A stretch of 61,621 nt of DNA, the filler included, from Sphacelaria rigidula (lineage: Eukaryota): the NCBI GenBank assembly GCA_964200075.2. It is 8 parts of 8 records of this genome, joined end to end, with 100 filler letters (N's around TTAATTAATTAA, not from the genome) between each part and the next. Parts side by side here need not be neighbours in the genome. Positions count along the whole stretch, not along the records: positions 46,294 to 53,907 come from CAXNAA020014085.1; positions 54,008 to 61,621 come from CAXNAA020014086.1; 6 more parts are not named here. One strand, given 5' to 3'. Below, one piece after another: positions 48,889 through 61,415 of the stretch. The notes under the pieces were generated by a model. It saw only the letters and a program-made list of their open reading frames with translations. It did not search any database and was not told the DNA's origin. The position numbers and the translations under genes are program-made. The first letter of the stretch is position 1, and every line of letters starts with the position of its first letter.

Positions 48889-49890
48889 CCCCGCGCGGCG
48901 TTGTATGTATGTTTTTCGACCATCGGTCCGCCCTCATACTCACACTCGCGGTCGAAAGGGGCAGGTGAGTATCTACTACAGACACAGGGCCAGGCGACGG
49001 GGGGTACGTACAGTACCGAAACCTACGGGGGAAAGCACCCCCTCTATACCCTGCCTCAAGCTCTGCAGCCTCATATATTCGCGAGAGCAATGGTGCTGGT
49101 GATGCTAATAGTCAAAAGCCATACAGTAATGTTGGGAAAAGATTCTGTCGAGATCTGCTGATCTTCCCGTATACTCGCGAGGTTGATCGGAGATGGTGCA
49201 CGAACTTCTTCGTGTTGAGAAAGCCGGGTCCAACGAACTATCACCACGCTAAGGCGAAGTGGGGTTGACAGCCCCGATGTATGGGACCATCTGTCTTAGT
49301 CATTGTCGTGAAGTTGAGCACGGAGCGTCCCGTGATTGAGTCTTATCCAGAGCCAACTTGCCGAGCCGTTCATGGCCCGACATCCAGTCAAGGCGGCGTC
49401 TTATGATCGGAGCTACGTGACGTTTAGATTTGAGGTTGACTGTGTGAGAAATTTACTGATCTTGCTACCTGGTCTTCGCGTTCAGAAAATCTAACGATGT
49501 ACTGCTGCAGAGCGATGTCTGACTGCAGATATGCTATAGACGGGACAGCCGGTGGACGTGGCATATGCGGAATGGTGCACTCAGGCAGCAGCGGTCAGCG
49601 TTATACTCAAAATCTACCATTTCGCAATTGCGGCCGCGCACGAACCATCGCCCCTGGCAGCAGTCATACTCCACTTCGACAAGAACGTGAGATGCTGAAC
49701 AGTTGCTCAGACAGAGAGTAGTGTGTCGACAGTGCACTATGGTATACTACAGCACAATCCCTTCCAGAGGATCCTTCTTCTTGCTAATGATCCACACCAC
49801 AAACTGGCGTACGTGACATATCCCCCACGCAGAACAAACCATACCCTCCTTCACGAAGCGTAGGTACTCTGATCCTGCGAACGCTCTCAC

Positions 49891-50110
49891 CAGTAGCAGA
49901 AGTTACGGCCAGGAGTGCGCCTCGTGCTTGTCGAGACCTCCGCCCCGCGTTCGAACGCACCGCCGCCGTCCCCGCCGTTGCACTGGCCCCGCCACGATTT
50001 CTTCCCTTTGCTCCCGCCCCTGCCCCCCGCCATGAGTACGCACGCTGTGCCCCTGCTCTGATAAAGGATCTACCGTTTGATGGGGCAGCCCGCATGGCCG
50101 CGAAAGTCAT
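49891..50110 (-). CDS. First coding exon with a mitochondrial-presequence-like N-terminus
   Basis: MTFAAMRAAPSNGRSFIRAGAQRAYSWRG...LLAVTSAT is Arg/Ala/Ser-rich with no acidic residues, GC-rich, and ends at a CTG|GTGAGA donor. Confidence 0.65.
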
Positions 50111-52476
50111 CGGCCCTTGTGGTGCGGCTTACGCGGCCCTGCACTTCGCGGCTGGTATTGAGAAGCTCAACTGGATCGAGTACACTCCCAGTTGACTATG
50201 TGCACACCGAAGCGAATGATGCTTGCAACGTGATTTGCCTAGGATAAACCGAGATCCGAAAATCCTGCACAATGTGCCGTCGTAGTAGGTGGATCCGAGC
50301 AGCTGCACACACGGCTTGCACTGCTCACTCGCTCTGCTCGATCGATCTAGGGCGTGGCGTCGTGGGTGCTTGCCACGCGTGAGAAAGGCATTATTTAGTT
50401 GTGTTTCAACGAGACTTTGTCATGGAAGTCATTCAAAGCAAGATCGAGGAGGGTACATCTGCATGGAGTGTTCTTCATGCAGATGCTACACGAGTAGTGG
50501 ACATCGATTTATCCTGACGCTTGGCCAACAGGACAGTATTGACATCTTCCGCTTCTGTACGTAGCTCTTCCTCGCATTGGTTTGGCTCGGCGTCATCTAC
50601 TTCGGCAGGTGAGCCGTTACACCGTGGTCACGGGGTACAACACTTCCCCAAACGCTGATGCCTGTGCTGATATCGTTTTTCTCGAGAAAGGAAACCCTGC
50701 AACCCCGATAGATGCAGTATATAGCATATGTAGACCGTATGTGTTGACAGCATCGGTTCCAATTGGCAGATTATACGGTCTCGACAGCTGCCGGGAACAC
50801 CGAACTTCAAGAACTCTTCGTCGGGTGGGCGTCGGGATGGGATGTTACTCGCCGTTTCAGTGTACTACTGTTGTTGTGCCTGAAAATACATGTCGTGTAC
50901 TTGTACAGTAGACATTCCGCACGGCACGCACATACACCGGTGCAATCAAGCATATCCCTATCTAGTAGTATCAACCAGCATTATCTGTGTCATGCAAACC
51001 CACAGAGTATAGTATATTCATATTGCTGCCCTGCTGTACAGCATGCCCCGCGGTGGGCCATCAACTACGGTGGGTACCACCCCATCTCATACCCACGCGT
51101 CACCCTGATCGCTGCACGTGCTATAATAGGGATACACGTACAACACAAGCAAAAATTGTCTCATTCCCCCCGTCAATTCCGACTCCAGTACAGGCCTGCC
51201 TCTTTGGGCATGCTGCCCCCACGATATTTCCCAGAAGGGTTCCGTTTTGTTTGCGTAAATCAGGGTCACAGACGCAGCACAGCACACCGTACTGTACTTT
51301 GTCGATCGTCAAACGTTCGGTCCATCCGACAGGCGAGAATTTTCGCCACATGTCCGCGTTGGTTATTTGTCCGCATTAGAGTCGAGGGCAGTGAATATTT
51401 GATCGGATGTTGGTAGGGTAACCAGAGTCGACTGTTCGCCCGCTGTCCGCGGGGGCTTGTTGGCCTGGAAAAAGCTCGGCTTGGTTTAGTGGGCCAAGGT
51501 GTAAATTTTGGTCACCTGTCCGTAGTGACTGATCGACACTGTGGGTATGATTCCCGTGGCTGGTTGGTCATGCCGGCTATCCCATAGCACTCCCTCGTCT
51601 ATCTGTGGGCACTGTTCTGTTGTGCAAACGTAACTATTTTGCGCACCACCTACCACTTTGAATGTACAACGGTAAGGAACTGCTTCAAACTCTCCCCCAT
51701 GTATTGCGTGACATGACGGAGAATTCGACACAGCCTGGACAAGAGAGAGCACAGTAAAAAAATGTACTGCGTACAGTATCGACTATTGCGCCTATAGCAA
51801 CAGACAATAGCTTCCATACTGTACGCAGTATACTTTTTGACAACATGATATTTCGTCCAGGGTGTGGAATACGACGAGCTCAACTGACGTGCGTTAAGAA
51901 TCCCCTCTTCCTCCCCCCCCCTCTCCCCCTCTCCGTCCAGTGATTAACCAGAAGGCGTTCTAGATCGCACCTACCGAGTTCGCGGAAAGAAGCCAATATC
52001 TACATCGCGTACGATAGTCGAGGCGGTTCGAGAGAGCAGGATATCCGTCGCGGGAGAGAAGACATCGTGGCGGTCCATCCTATCAAGAAACAGGAGAGTC
52101 TGGCTGCAATCTACGATAATTGAACTGCGACAACCTTGAAGGCCCGATCTGAGAAGGACGGGAACGAAAAGCGCAGCCGAAAATCAAGCCACGGCAATAA
52201 TATCGCAAGCGAGATCACAGTAAAGTCGACCGACAACCGATTGGCAACCGATTAGATGGTACATAACGTCCGCAAGACGATCAAGAATCAACGCAGGAGA
52301 CCCACGCGAGGGACACGGCCACATCAAGATAATCGAGTCTAGTCGCCCGCAATAAAGGTGGGCTGATTCAACGCAAGAGCGGAAACGAGGGAGAACGGGG
52401 GAGCGGAGAAGGGAGGGACGTGGCAAAGCAGACTATATCGGGCCTCCGTAGCAATCTACTCATCCTCAGGGTTACC

Positions 52477-52615
52477 ATGTCGGCGCAGGCACCGCCGAGG
52501 AATCCTCTTTTGGTGGCCTTGGCCGACGCGTTGGCGGGAGCTTTAGGCAGCGTGGTGGCTGTCATCGCGTTTTACCCGATCGATATCGCAAAGACCCGCG
52601 CGCAGGCGAAGTACG
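52477..52615 (+). CDS. First coding exon of a mitochondrial carrier family (SLC25) protein, most like peroxisomal adenine-nucleotide carriers
   Basis: MSAQAPPRNPLLVALADALAGALGSVVAVIAFYPIDIAKTRAQAKY carries helix 1 and the Px[D/E]xx[K/R]x[K/R] signature; G|GTGAGT donor. The subfamily call is tentative. Confidence 0.9.
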
Positions 52616-52827
52616 GTGAGTGTGTGAATGTCGCGAGTATCTTGAGGAGCTTAGGCCCACTATAATCGACACTGCTTTTGCGGAGACCTCCGAAATTGTC
52701 GGGACTGACAAGGTACCTGATAATTTTTTTCATGTTTTCGATTGCCACGGCGTATCCACAGGGCAGCTCTCCAGAGTGTTACACTGTAGTCCGAATTTTT
52801 TCGGACTTCTCCAAAAATGAAGGTTGA

Positions 52828-52928
52828 CCCTTGGAAAGCGAGGGTAGGTCACCTGCTGCATCGGCATCAATTTCTCTTGAAAATAGTATGCGTGATCCAG
52901 ATGAACTACCCCCACCGCGGTCAAAGGG
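52828..52928. mobile_element. piggyBac-like MITE in the carrier gene intron
   Basis: TTGA-CCCTT...CGCGGTCAAAGGG-TTAA; family match. Confidence 0.85.
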
Positions 52929-53284
52929 TTAAGCTTCGGAGAAAATATCAGCGGCAATATACAAAAAAAGGTACACCATGATACTTCTGGAACAAAAAGG
53001 GGTAACACATTTTTCGCTTTGGGGCGAGGCGCTATACTGAAGATTGTCGGTCTCACAGCTTTGAGTATTCCGAGTGGTGGTATCGCGGGTGCAACGGCAA
53101 CGATCAGAGGAAGACACCCGACTGTACAGTCTACGCCGTTGGATTCAGGCGTTCTTCCTCCAACACGGAATCCGGTCGATGTCCATCTCTCTTCCGAGCC
53201 GCAAATTGCAGATCCGGCAACCGTCTGATGTTGTCGCCGCATGATGCCGTTCGGCCTGGTGTGTCGGCAAGATGTTCACTCGTG

Positions 53285-53435
53285 TTCGTTGGATCTTTGT
53301 GAGCTCCGACACACAAGCGACCTGTATGCATCGTTGGATCTTCCGGATCTCCGGGCCAACCAACAGGGGGGCTACACTCTTCTGGTCGTTGGGTTTCGGC
53401 CTTTTTTGGTGGGGTGTAATTTTGCCGAAAATGGC
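53285..53435 (+). repeat. Dispersed repeat (second copy about 54945-55095, - strand)
   Basis: GCTCCG.CA.ACAAGCG...CATCGT.GGAT.TT...GGGCCAACCA.CAGGG...GTTTCGGCCT is shared. Confidence 0.7.
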
Positions 53436-53569
53436 TGTGGTTGTGGCTGCTGCTCGGCGCACAGTATCTTGTGCTGAGACGGCGGTACGATCAACATTTC
53501 ACAAAAATGGGTCACCACTCAAGGGTCTGTCAAAAATATATTTCGGGACACGTAAGGCCGGGTGTTATG

Positions 53570-53907
53570 GCATACAGATTTTTGGCCCACGGATTGTTCG
53601 CTTTCATGGTGTTTGACCCACTTTTTGACCCCCAAACAGGGAAAATCGCCGACACACGTCTTGGACACTTCGCATCACCCCACAGAACGAAGCCTAGCCC
53701 ACTTTTCAGATTCGCTTGACTCCACGGTTTTGAGAGCGGCCGCTGAACAATAATCCGTGTGCAACAAAGTCTACGGCGATCTCCACAGATTATTGGGCAC
53801 ACTGGCGGGGGTCGGCAAGCACAGATTTTTGCACATTAATTTTTGTTCAGCGGCCAATCTCGAAACCTCGGAGACAAGCGAATCTGAAAAGCAGACTATG
53901 CTCCTCT
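53570..53907. mobile_element. Foldback element: left arm and start of right arm, cut by the scaffold end
   Basis: Same family as 15995-16370; the missing part of the right arm resembles 46294-46440. Confidence 0.8.
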
Positions 53908-54007
53908 NNNNNNNNNNNNNNNNNNNNNNNNNNNNNNNNNNNNNNNNNNNNTTAATTAATTAANNNNNNNNNNNNNNNNNNNNNNNNNNNNNNNNNNNNN
54001 NNNNNNN
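53908..54007. other. Artificial scaffold linker
   Basis: N44-TTAATTAATTAA-N44. Confidence 0.99.
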
Positions 54008-54666
54008 TCTTCCATACATTACACAAGAACCTCTTACATATCTTATCCCCGTCCTGTTTCGCCGTCTCTGGCCACCATCAAATCTAACCCTAACCCTCCC
54101 ACATATTAAAGTAGGGGGGGTAAGGGGTAGGTGGGAGGAACAAGACACTGAGGCATACTACAACGAACGAAGCCAACGGGTTGCGATTCCAGCAACGGAT
54201 TTACCAGCGGGACATTGCGCAGTACTGAAGAGTATTGGGTATTTGCGTAGAGCACGTCTTGCGAAGAACGCACCGGAAAACGAAAAAGCATACGAGCTAG
54301 GTTAGCCTCAGAAAACAAGTGAGCGTTCCAGGCGAATAAAGAGCTCGGTTCGGAGAGTTTTGCTGTGAAATTTGCTATAGAGAATCGTAAGGGCATAATT
54401 ACGAAGATGTCGCTGATTTTCTCACGTCATCTATCGAAAGATACGGGTTGATCAACATTCCGTGCTACAGTACATCCGAGATATTGCACTAAACGCACCA
54501 AATCTGGCGTGAGTGGCTCGCTTGTGAGAGCTGTTCTTTCGACTTCAGACAATTTGACGTCGATTCGTTTCATGTAACATACGAAAAAGGACATGCCCTC
54601 ATGTTTTTGGTACCGAAGAGGGTAACGCTTTTTTCGGTTTGGGGCGCGGCGTTGCAGGCGAACTGA

Positions 54667-55420
54667 AAACCTCGAAATCACGTCCCAGTGCCTCAGCCCC
54701 CGCGCAAGGTGTCCGGGCAGCATGCCCGATTATGTTTTATTTCTCCACACGTGATATGAGGCTCAAATACAAACTAGGAGGGTACACCCTACTCTGCCCC
54801 TACTCTGCTAAACAATTATCTCGATTACCCTATTTCTTCACACGTGTGCATCCTTCAATACTCAAGTGCATACCCTTCTTCACCCTTCTTTGTAACGTGG
54901 TGACCGTACCGCCGCAGAAGATACGCAGAACAACCAAACCATGCACATTCTTCTGTGAAATTGTACCCCGCCACTGAGGCCGAAACTGAACGAAAAAAGT
55001 AGTTGTAGTTCCCTGCTGGTTGGCCCGCAGACCCCGAAAATCCGACGATGTATCCAGGGCTTGAACGCTTGTTTGCCGGAGCACACGAAGATTCAACTAT
55101 CATGTACCAGGTATACGGGGCGCCGTGAACAACAAGTGGTCACATATTTTTCAAGCAGAATAGGGTTTACCCTCCTGGGTTGGTAGGCTCTCCTTTTCCG
55201 CGTCGTAGTTAACCCTTAGACGGCGGTGCGGGTAGTCTATCTGGATTACTAATACTTTTTTCAAGTGAAAATTGATGCCAATTCAGCAGGTGACCTACCC
55301 TCGTGGTCTAAGGGTTAAGCCTAATACCACCTCTGAAATAATGACGAAAACATGGTCTGGCATGCTGCACAGATGCCTTGCGCGTGGGGCTGAGGCGCTG
55401 GAACGTGTTTTCGAGGTGTT
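54667..55420. repeat. Pair of ~75-bp inverted repeats
   Basis: ACCTCGAAA.CACGT.CCAG.GCCTCAGCCCC.GCGCAAGG..TC...GCAGCATGCC at 54667-54740 is mirrored at 55345-55420. Confidence 0.75.
55213..55314. mobile_element. piggyBac-like MITE
   Basis: TTAA-CCCTTAGAC...GTCTAAGGG-TTAA. Confidence 0.9.
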
Positions 55421-56305
55421 CTGATCGAGCTGATGAGTAGTTGTGCATCTGTCTCCTTGATAAGACGAATTTGAAGGTATGCGGGTCACGGACCAATTCG
55501 CCTGCCTCGGCGAGACCGGGCTGTATCAATCTGAATCCGCGATCTGGCTGGCTCAGCTCGTACTATCACCCACGGGGGTCACGGTACTGCCAGAACAACA
55601 TATATATTTCAAAGCAAATGGAGGGCACTAATGTTGCCCAGGCAAAACACATCAAAACCTATGCGGCCGGTCATTGCCGCACACCTATGCCGCAGGTCAT
55701 TATTGCCGCAAGACCACCCTGACCGCGGTCACCTGTGTGTGGTGCTATGTTGTTGTTCAGTACAGTGCTGTGCTTGAAGCCCACAAAAGCAGGCCGATAT
55801 CCTGCAGTATCATCATTCAACGTCAGCACCGCACCTCAAGATGTCTTGCACGAAGTAGTCTTGCTGTAAATAACAGGTTAGCTATGTATATGATCTCGGT
55901 TGACACGTGGGCTGGTGTACAACAGCCATCTCCGACTCCCCACCTATGGGAAAGTGAGTATAGGCCGTGCTGTGTGTTATCTCGCCCCCCTCCCTCAAAC
56001 GTTGAAAAACCCAACACTTTGCGGGGGTTTCACGTGAAATTACGACGTAGGAAAATCAGGAACGCGGGCTATTCGTGGGAACAGAAGATAATCCCCGGCT
56101 CTCCTCCTCCGCCTCGGTTTTTTACTCAAAAAGCAAATACGTGGTGACTGACAGCGAACCTTGTGTGAAACGTTTTGGCGAAATAACTGTCCTGTCCTGA
56201 TAAAGAATCCCCCCCCTTGATACATGGTATAGTACAGTAGACCGCATCCTGTGGGATGTGTAGAACCAAGAGCCATGACGAGTGTTGTCGGAACTTCCAA
56301 GTTAA

Positions 56306-56833
56306 CCCTTAGGCCGCGAGATTGGTCTTTCTGGATCATGCATACTTTTTTCACTTGAAATTGATGCCGATTCAACAGGAGACTAACCTCGCGGTCTAAC
56401 GGTTAAACCGTCACAAAAGTTAGTCGCTGGTTCGATTCCCGTCGGACGCACTTTCTTGAAGAAAAAAAGAGGAGAGAAAACCTCAGTAAAAAATTGGCCC
56501 AAAGAAAAAGGGTGGGTTATAGCCTGATCGCTATGTTCGTAGTTGACTGCTAGGGTCCCCAGTGCACACACTCCGGGAACGAGTGGGGGAGACGAGTAAC
56601 TCCGGGGTACGGTGAGAAGTGACAACACTAGAGGTTCTGATGGCAGTCGGTAGAGCGCTGGCAAGGGGAGTCGCCCTCCTCGGAGCGAAAGTGACGGGGA
56701 TAGAACCCCCACGACTAACTTTTGTGGCGGTTTAACCCTTAGACCGCGAGGTTAGTCTTCTGTGGAATCGGCATCAATTTCGAGTGAAAAAAAGTATGCA
56801 TGATCCAGAAAGACTAACCTCGCGGTCTAAGGG
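56306..56833. mobile_element. Composite palindromic element: MITE + inner TIR unit + inverted MITE
   Basis: MITEs at 56306-56402 and 56736-56833; inner unit 56407-56731 with TIR ACCGYCACAAAAGTTAGTCG; TTAA at all four junctions. Confidence 0.9.
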
Positions 56834-58189
56834 TTAAGAATGAAGCTTCTTCCAACACGATTCATTACAGGTAGCCGGCCACCCACACACGGGATTTTCG
56901 ACAGTCATGCGATGAGTAACAGGCATGGAGAGGAAATTCCTCACCGCATCGAGCGAAATGGTTAGCACGGGAAGTATTCGGCTGAGGATCGATACCGTGG
57001 ACGCTCAAAAATGAGGTGAGCATGGCGGCAACGGTGGGAGGGGTGATGTCGGGCGAACGACATACATGCCTCGTACATGAACGGGGACAATTCCAGCGAG
57101 ATTCTGCTGACGACACGGTGTCATCAGTCCTCAAACTGCGGGTGAACTCTCAGTGTGTCGTCGAGGACAGGGAATCCCACAGCGCGGCAACATCCGATCT
57201 AGCCAACTCGCTCGCCAATTACTGCACAGCGAAGCGCACGATACTACCGAAGACTTCACTCACCTTTGGCGAAATCCACGTCCCTCCTCTGTGTGTGTGT
57301 CGTGCCGATGACGAGGAGGACTGTGTTTGTGTACCGGAGTGGGGGACTGTACACGGACGCCCTTTCTTGACCCGCACATACTTTTGCGTCGAATGGCATA
57401 TATAATACAAAATTAAGGGGTATGCGATAGAACGGTCACTTTGTGGGTAGAACATCCAACGCCAATGCAATCAGGATGTCCGTTTTAGCAGAGAAATGCC
57501 GACAGCGAATGTGCGTAGTAGACGAGAAGATCTCGACACTTGACGGCAGGGAGCAGACAACTTGACATGCCATTCAATTTCAGGGGCGTTGCCTGCCTGG
57601 TTGTGAAGGTGCGATTTGCCCATCGAGCGAACATGAGTGCGACCACACGACTCCAAGTTAACGAACCACGAGATGCACATGCGAGCGAGTCCACGTGGCA
57701 GAATGAAGTTAGAGATCTGTCAGACTAGCATGAGCGATAGCCTAGGGTTGGATACCCAGTCGTGTCGTGCCAAAACGCGGAGCAATTGCTTCCGTTTCGA
57801 GTAACATTCGTTTCACTGCATGGTGTCCGACTGCCTCCTCCCTTCATGTGGTGGTTCTGTACCCAGCCGAGACGCCCCCCGTCTCGTGTGGGGGCCACCA
57901 CGATACTGTAGTATGTAGGGCGAAGCCCAAGCCGTAACGCCCAGTGTAGTGTTCATCCTGTGATATAGCGCATCCGCCGCATGAGGACAAGTCCGAGCTG
58001 GGAGGGCGCACCCTGGTTCTAACCCTTTGTGAACTGTGGTGCTCATTTATTTCTGTTCTGTGAATCGGCATAATTTAGACTTGAAAATATCTGAAGGGTT
58101 AAAGTGTCATGCTGTCAACACGCAGCAGTACTGTACCTCCTATACTATACTATAGCATCTCGTTCCACTGGCGTAGCCGAGTGATGCTA

Positions 58190-58430
58190 TACGGTAGGGG
58201 TGTACCAATGTTTTTCGAGGTTATAATTGTTAGGAGCCCTTCATCTCATCCACACACAGCTAGACTTATGAAATAAGTGAGAGTATGCGAGGATTACTAT
58301 CCCAATGTACTAGGGATATCCCGAATGAATTTGCAAACGGGGATACCTTGACCGATATTCTTGTGCATCTACAATCGCTAGGAGCCCCTGAACCTGACGA
58401 GATTTTGCGCAAAAAGTGCACCCCTACCAT
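58190..58430. mobile_element. ~240-bp MITE, TACGGTAGGGGTGCAC family
   Basis: Homologous to the reverse complement of 13330-13569. Confidence 0.85.
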
Positions 58431-60842
58431 GCATTGCTCAGCCGTGTGCGGCCACTCGGTTATTTCACTAAGATAATGCGGTAGCATACACAGTGAGTGC
58501 AACGAACGAACGGACAGCATCCCACACTTCCGAGTTCTTCACGCGGTTAAATACAACCTGCGACACATCGCTCGGCAGAACAGGCCGTAGGTGTACTGAG
58601 TAATTTCTATGCATATGTGCTCATTTTTCTTGGATAACCAACCGATCACGATCCGATCTATAGTTGAAAAAAGTTTTGATTTCATTGTGGACAAATGCGT
58701 CGTCGTCAGTTCAAAATTGACCGCGATGTATCTCCATACAAAATGAGAAATTATGTAAGCACTCAAACTTCATGCAGAAATCCTCCGCTCCTCAGTATTT
58801 CACCCCATATTGCACCAACGCCGCCACTGGCAAAAATGGAGATCGGTTTACCACTTGGGATGGTGAGAAAATTCTCAGAAACTTGAAACTTGGAACAAAC
58901 TATAACACCAACACTAACCCTAGCCCTAACCCCAACGAAGGGACACCGAGAACCCTCGGGAGAGGGGGTGGACAGTAGCGAGAAGATAATTCGTACAGGT
59001 TGAACCCCAGATCTGCACGCAGGTTCAGAAATACGGTGGGTCTGGGAGGGCATGGTCGTTAGTCCAAGGCCTATGTAATGCTGCAGACACGTGACGTTGC
59101 TGACCGTTTTGTAAATAATAAACGTCTGATGTGCGCACGCCTGACACAAATCATCATTTCTCCATGAATTCCAAACAGATTTGAGCAAGGTCACGCACAA
59201 CGTGCACAGCTGATGAGCAGCTACGGCTCCAGTAGTGTGTTTTGATATGCGGAGCCACCAAGTTCCTCAGGTTCAGCACTGATTGGGCTGGGTTGTGTGG
59301 TGAGCCCTTGCATGTGCCCCTGCCAACCGTAAATATATGTTGTGTTTTTGCACTACTGGCTGAAATTGCAGAAAAAAAATATTTTCAAGTCAAGATAAAT
59401 GATGCCATTTCACAAATCAAACCTTACGTAGCGTGAATGGCTCAAAGTTACGTTTCCCCTGTTTTTTTCAAATGTGCCACGTGTGTAACGTGTATATCCC
59501 TCAGATTATTTTGACTTGAAAACAAAACAACAAATAAATGGACACCTGTCATCAACATACAATTGTGGGGGGAAAGGGTCCCAGAACGAACATGACACCA
59601 TCCCCAGATCGCAACGGCACGATCTCACGTAACCCTCCTCAAGCGCAAGAGACGGAAGCAAAGTGATTTGTACGTGCAGTTCTTGTGCCGATGTGGAGAG
59701 ACTCGGGAACCATTACCGGGGAGAATAGGGATGTGATCGTTGTGGCCTTCGTGAACGGGAAATAGGCTGGAAAAGGACCGAATGTGCGGATGCCATGGTT
59801 AGAGTTCACGCATATATTCCCTTGCGCGCAGTGTGCCGCATCAGGTACAGTGTGGAAAGCGATGGCCCAGGACAGGTACTTTCTGGGCCGACTGGTGGCT
59901 CAGATAAGGTACGATTGAAACATAATTCCGAAATAAGGTATACCTGGCCAAAATGTGTCCTAGAAAGGAGAAGTGGTTTCTGAAGGCGAGACGTCCTTCT
60001 GCGCATGGCCGCATATCTAGCGAGTGACACTTTTTTTCTGGATTGTTTTCGAGGCCCGGGTGCCGAGGGGGCCCTCGATTGCTTTGCGTGAAACGTTCGG
60101 AGTGAAATCGATGTAGATTTTGCGTTTTGCTGTTTTCGCGTTTCTGAACATTCTTCGTACCCTTCTTCGACAAAATACGAGAAGGTTTACCTTTTCAAGG
60201 CCATTTTGGTAGAGCCGCTGTCGAGGTTCGATCTCCCCCATCACCCTGACTAGGCTTTCGTTGCGCTCAGTGGTCGTCCCTGAATTTCGCCATCGCAAGT
60301 TTCTCAAGACAGATGTACCAGGGGTGTACTTTCGTATATCAGGCAACGGCTCTCGCAAAATATTCGCCAAATTAACATCATGGATGGACTATTCGCCTGC
60401 AACATGAGAGTAGCAATTAAAATAGCGAAGATGGCTGTAGAGTAAAATTACCACGGGAAGAAGTAGGGAGAACATATCTTGAAAATGTCGAACGCGAGAG
60501 GGGGAAAACGGCAGAGGATCAAAAGAACCATTTCGACAGACAGGGGAACAAAAATTAAGAAAAAAAGACGATATGTGAGTCCGTGAAGGGAGAAATCGAC
60601 GTAAATAACGCATCGTGAGCTACGACTGCTAAATGCAGACGATGCGAGAAAGGGATTACTAGTATAAAACAGTATAGTAGCGAAAGAGGAAAAAAATAAC
60701 AGCAAGAAAAATAACAGCAGGAGGGGAATAAAACGTATGGAGAAGGTCGCAAAACATATAATAGCGGAGTAGGAGGGCGATGACTATTATAATATATATA
60801 TATATTGAGGAGGCACACGCGGCCATTTGGCTCACCTCTTCG

Positions 60843-61415
60843 CCCCTCTAGAATGGTAGTTTTTTTTTGCCCTCTGGAGGAAGGACAACCCTCATGTTCC
60901 CTCCAGAGGGCATCCACGGAATCCCTCTGGAGGGACGGCGAGCTTCCAAATGATAAATTTCGCTGCCCTCTGGAAGGATGAATTCCCCCCCGTACCATCC
61001 AGAGGGCATTCACGGAGTCCCTCTGGAGGGACGACTTCCCTCCTGTACCATCTAGAGGGCATCCACGGAGTCCCTCTGGAAGGACCGAGAGCCTCCACAA
61101 TGGCAGGCTTTGCTGCCCTCTGGAGGGAAGACATCCCCCCTGTTCCCTAAAGAGGGAATTTACGGAGTCACTCTAGAGAGACGGCGAGCATCCAGAATCG
61201 TCAGTTTCGCCCCCCTCTGAGGGGAGGACATCACCCCTGTTCCCTCTAAAGGGTATCCACGAAGTCACTCTGGAGGGACGGAGCGAAAAAAGCAAACCTC
61301 CAGGCGGGTAGGTTGCGCTGCCCTCTGGAGGGACGGGATCACTTCCAGTTCCCTCTAGAGATACAGAACAAGCATCCCTCTAGAAGGGCGAGGGGTGTGG
61401 ACAATACTCTGGAGG
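60843..61415. repeat. Array of palindromic CCCTCT(A/G)GAGGG motifs in ~97-bp higher-order units
   Basis: Units start near 60869, 60966, 61116, 61213 and 61321, most with three motifs; unit 2 has an internal duplication. Confidence 0.9.

Noticed and set aside
57016-57405. 129-aa ORF
   Set aside because: No motif, no convincing splice boundaries and no consistent coding signal on either strand.
60555-61150. Repetitive ORFs (PPEGLRGCPLDGTGG...)
   Set aside because: Translations of the palindromic motif array; units are not frame-preserving.
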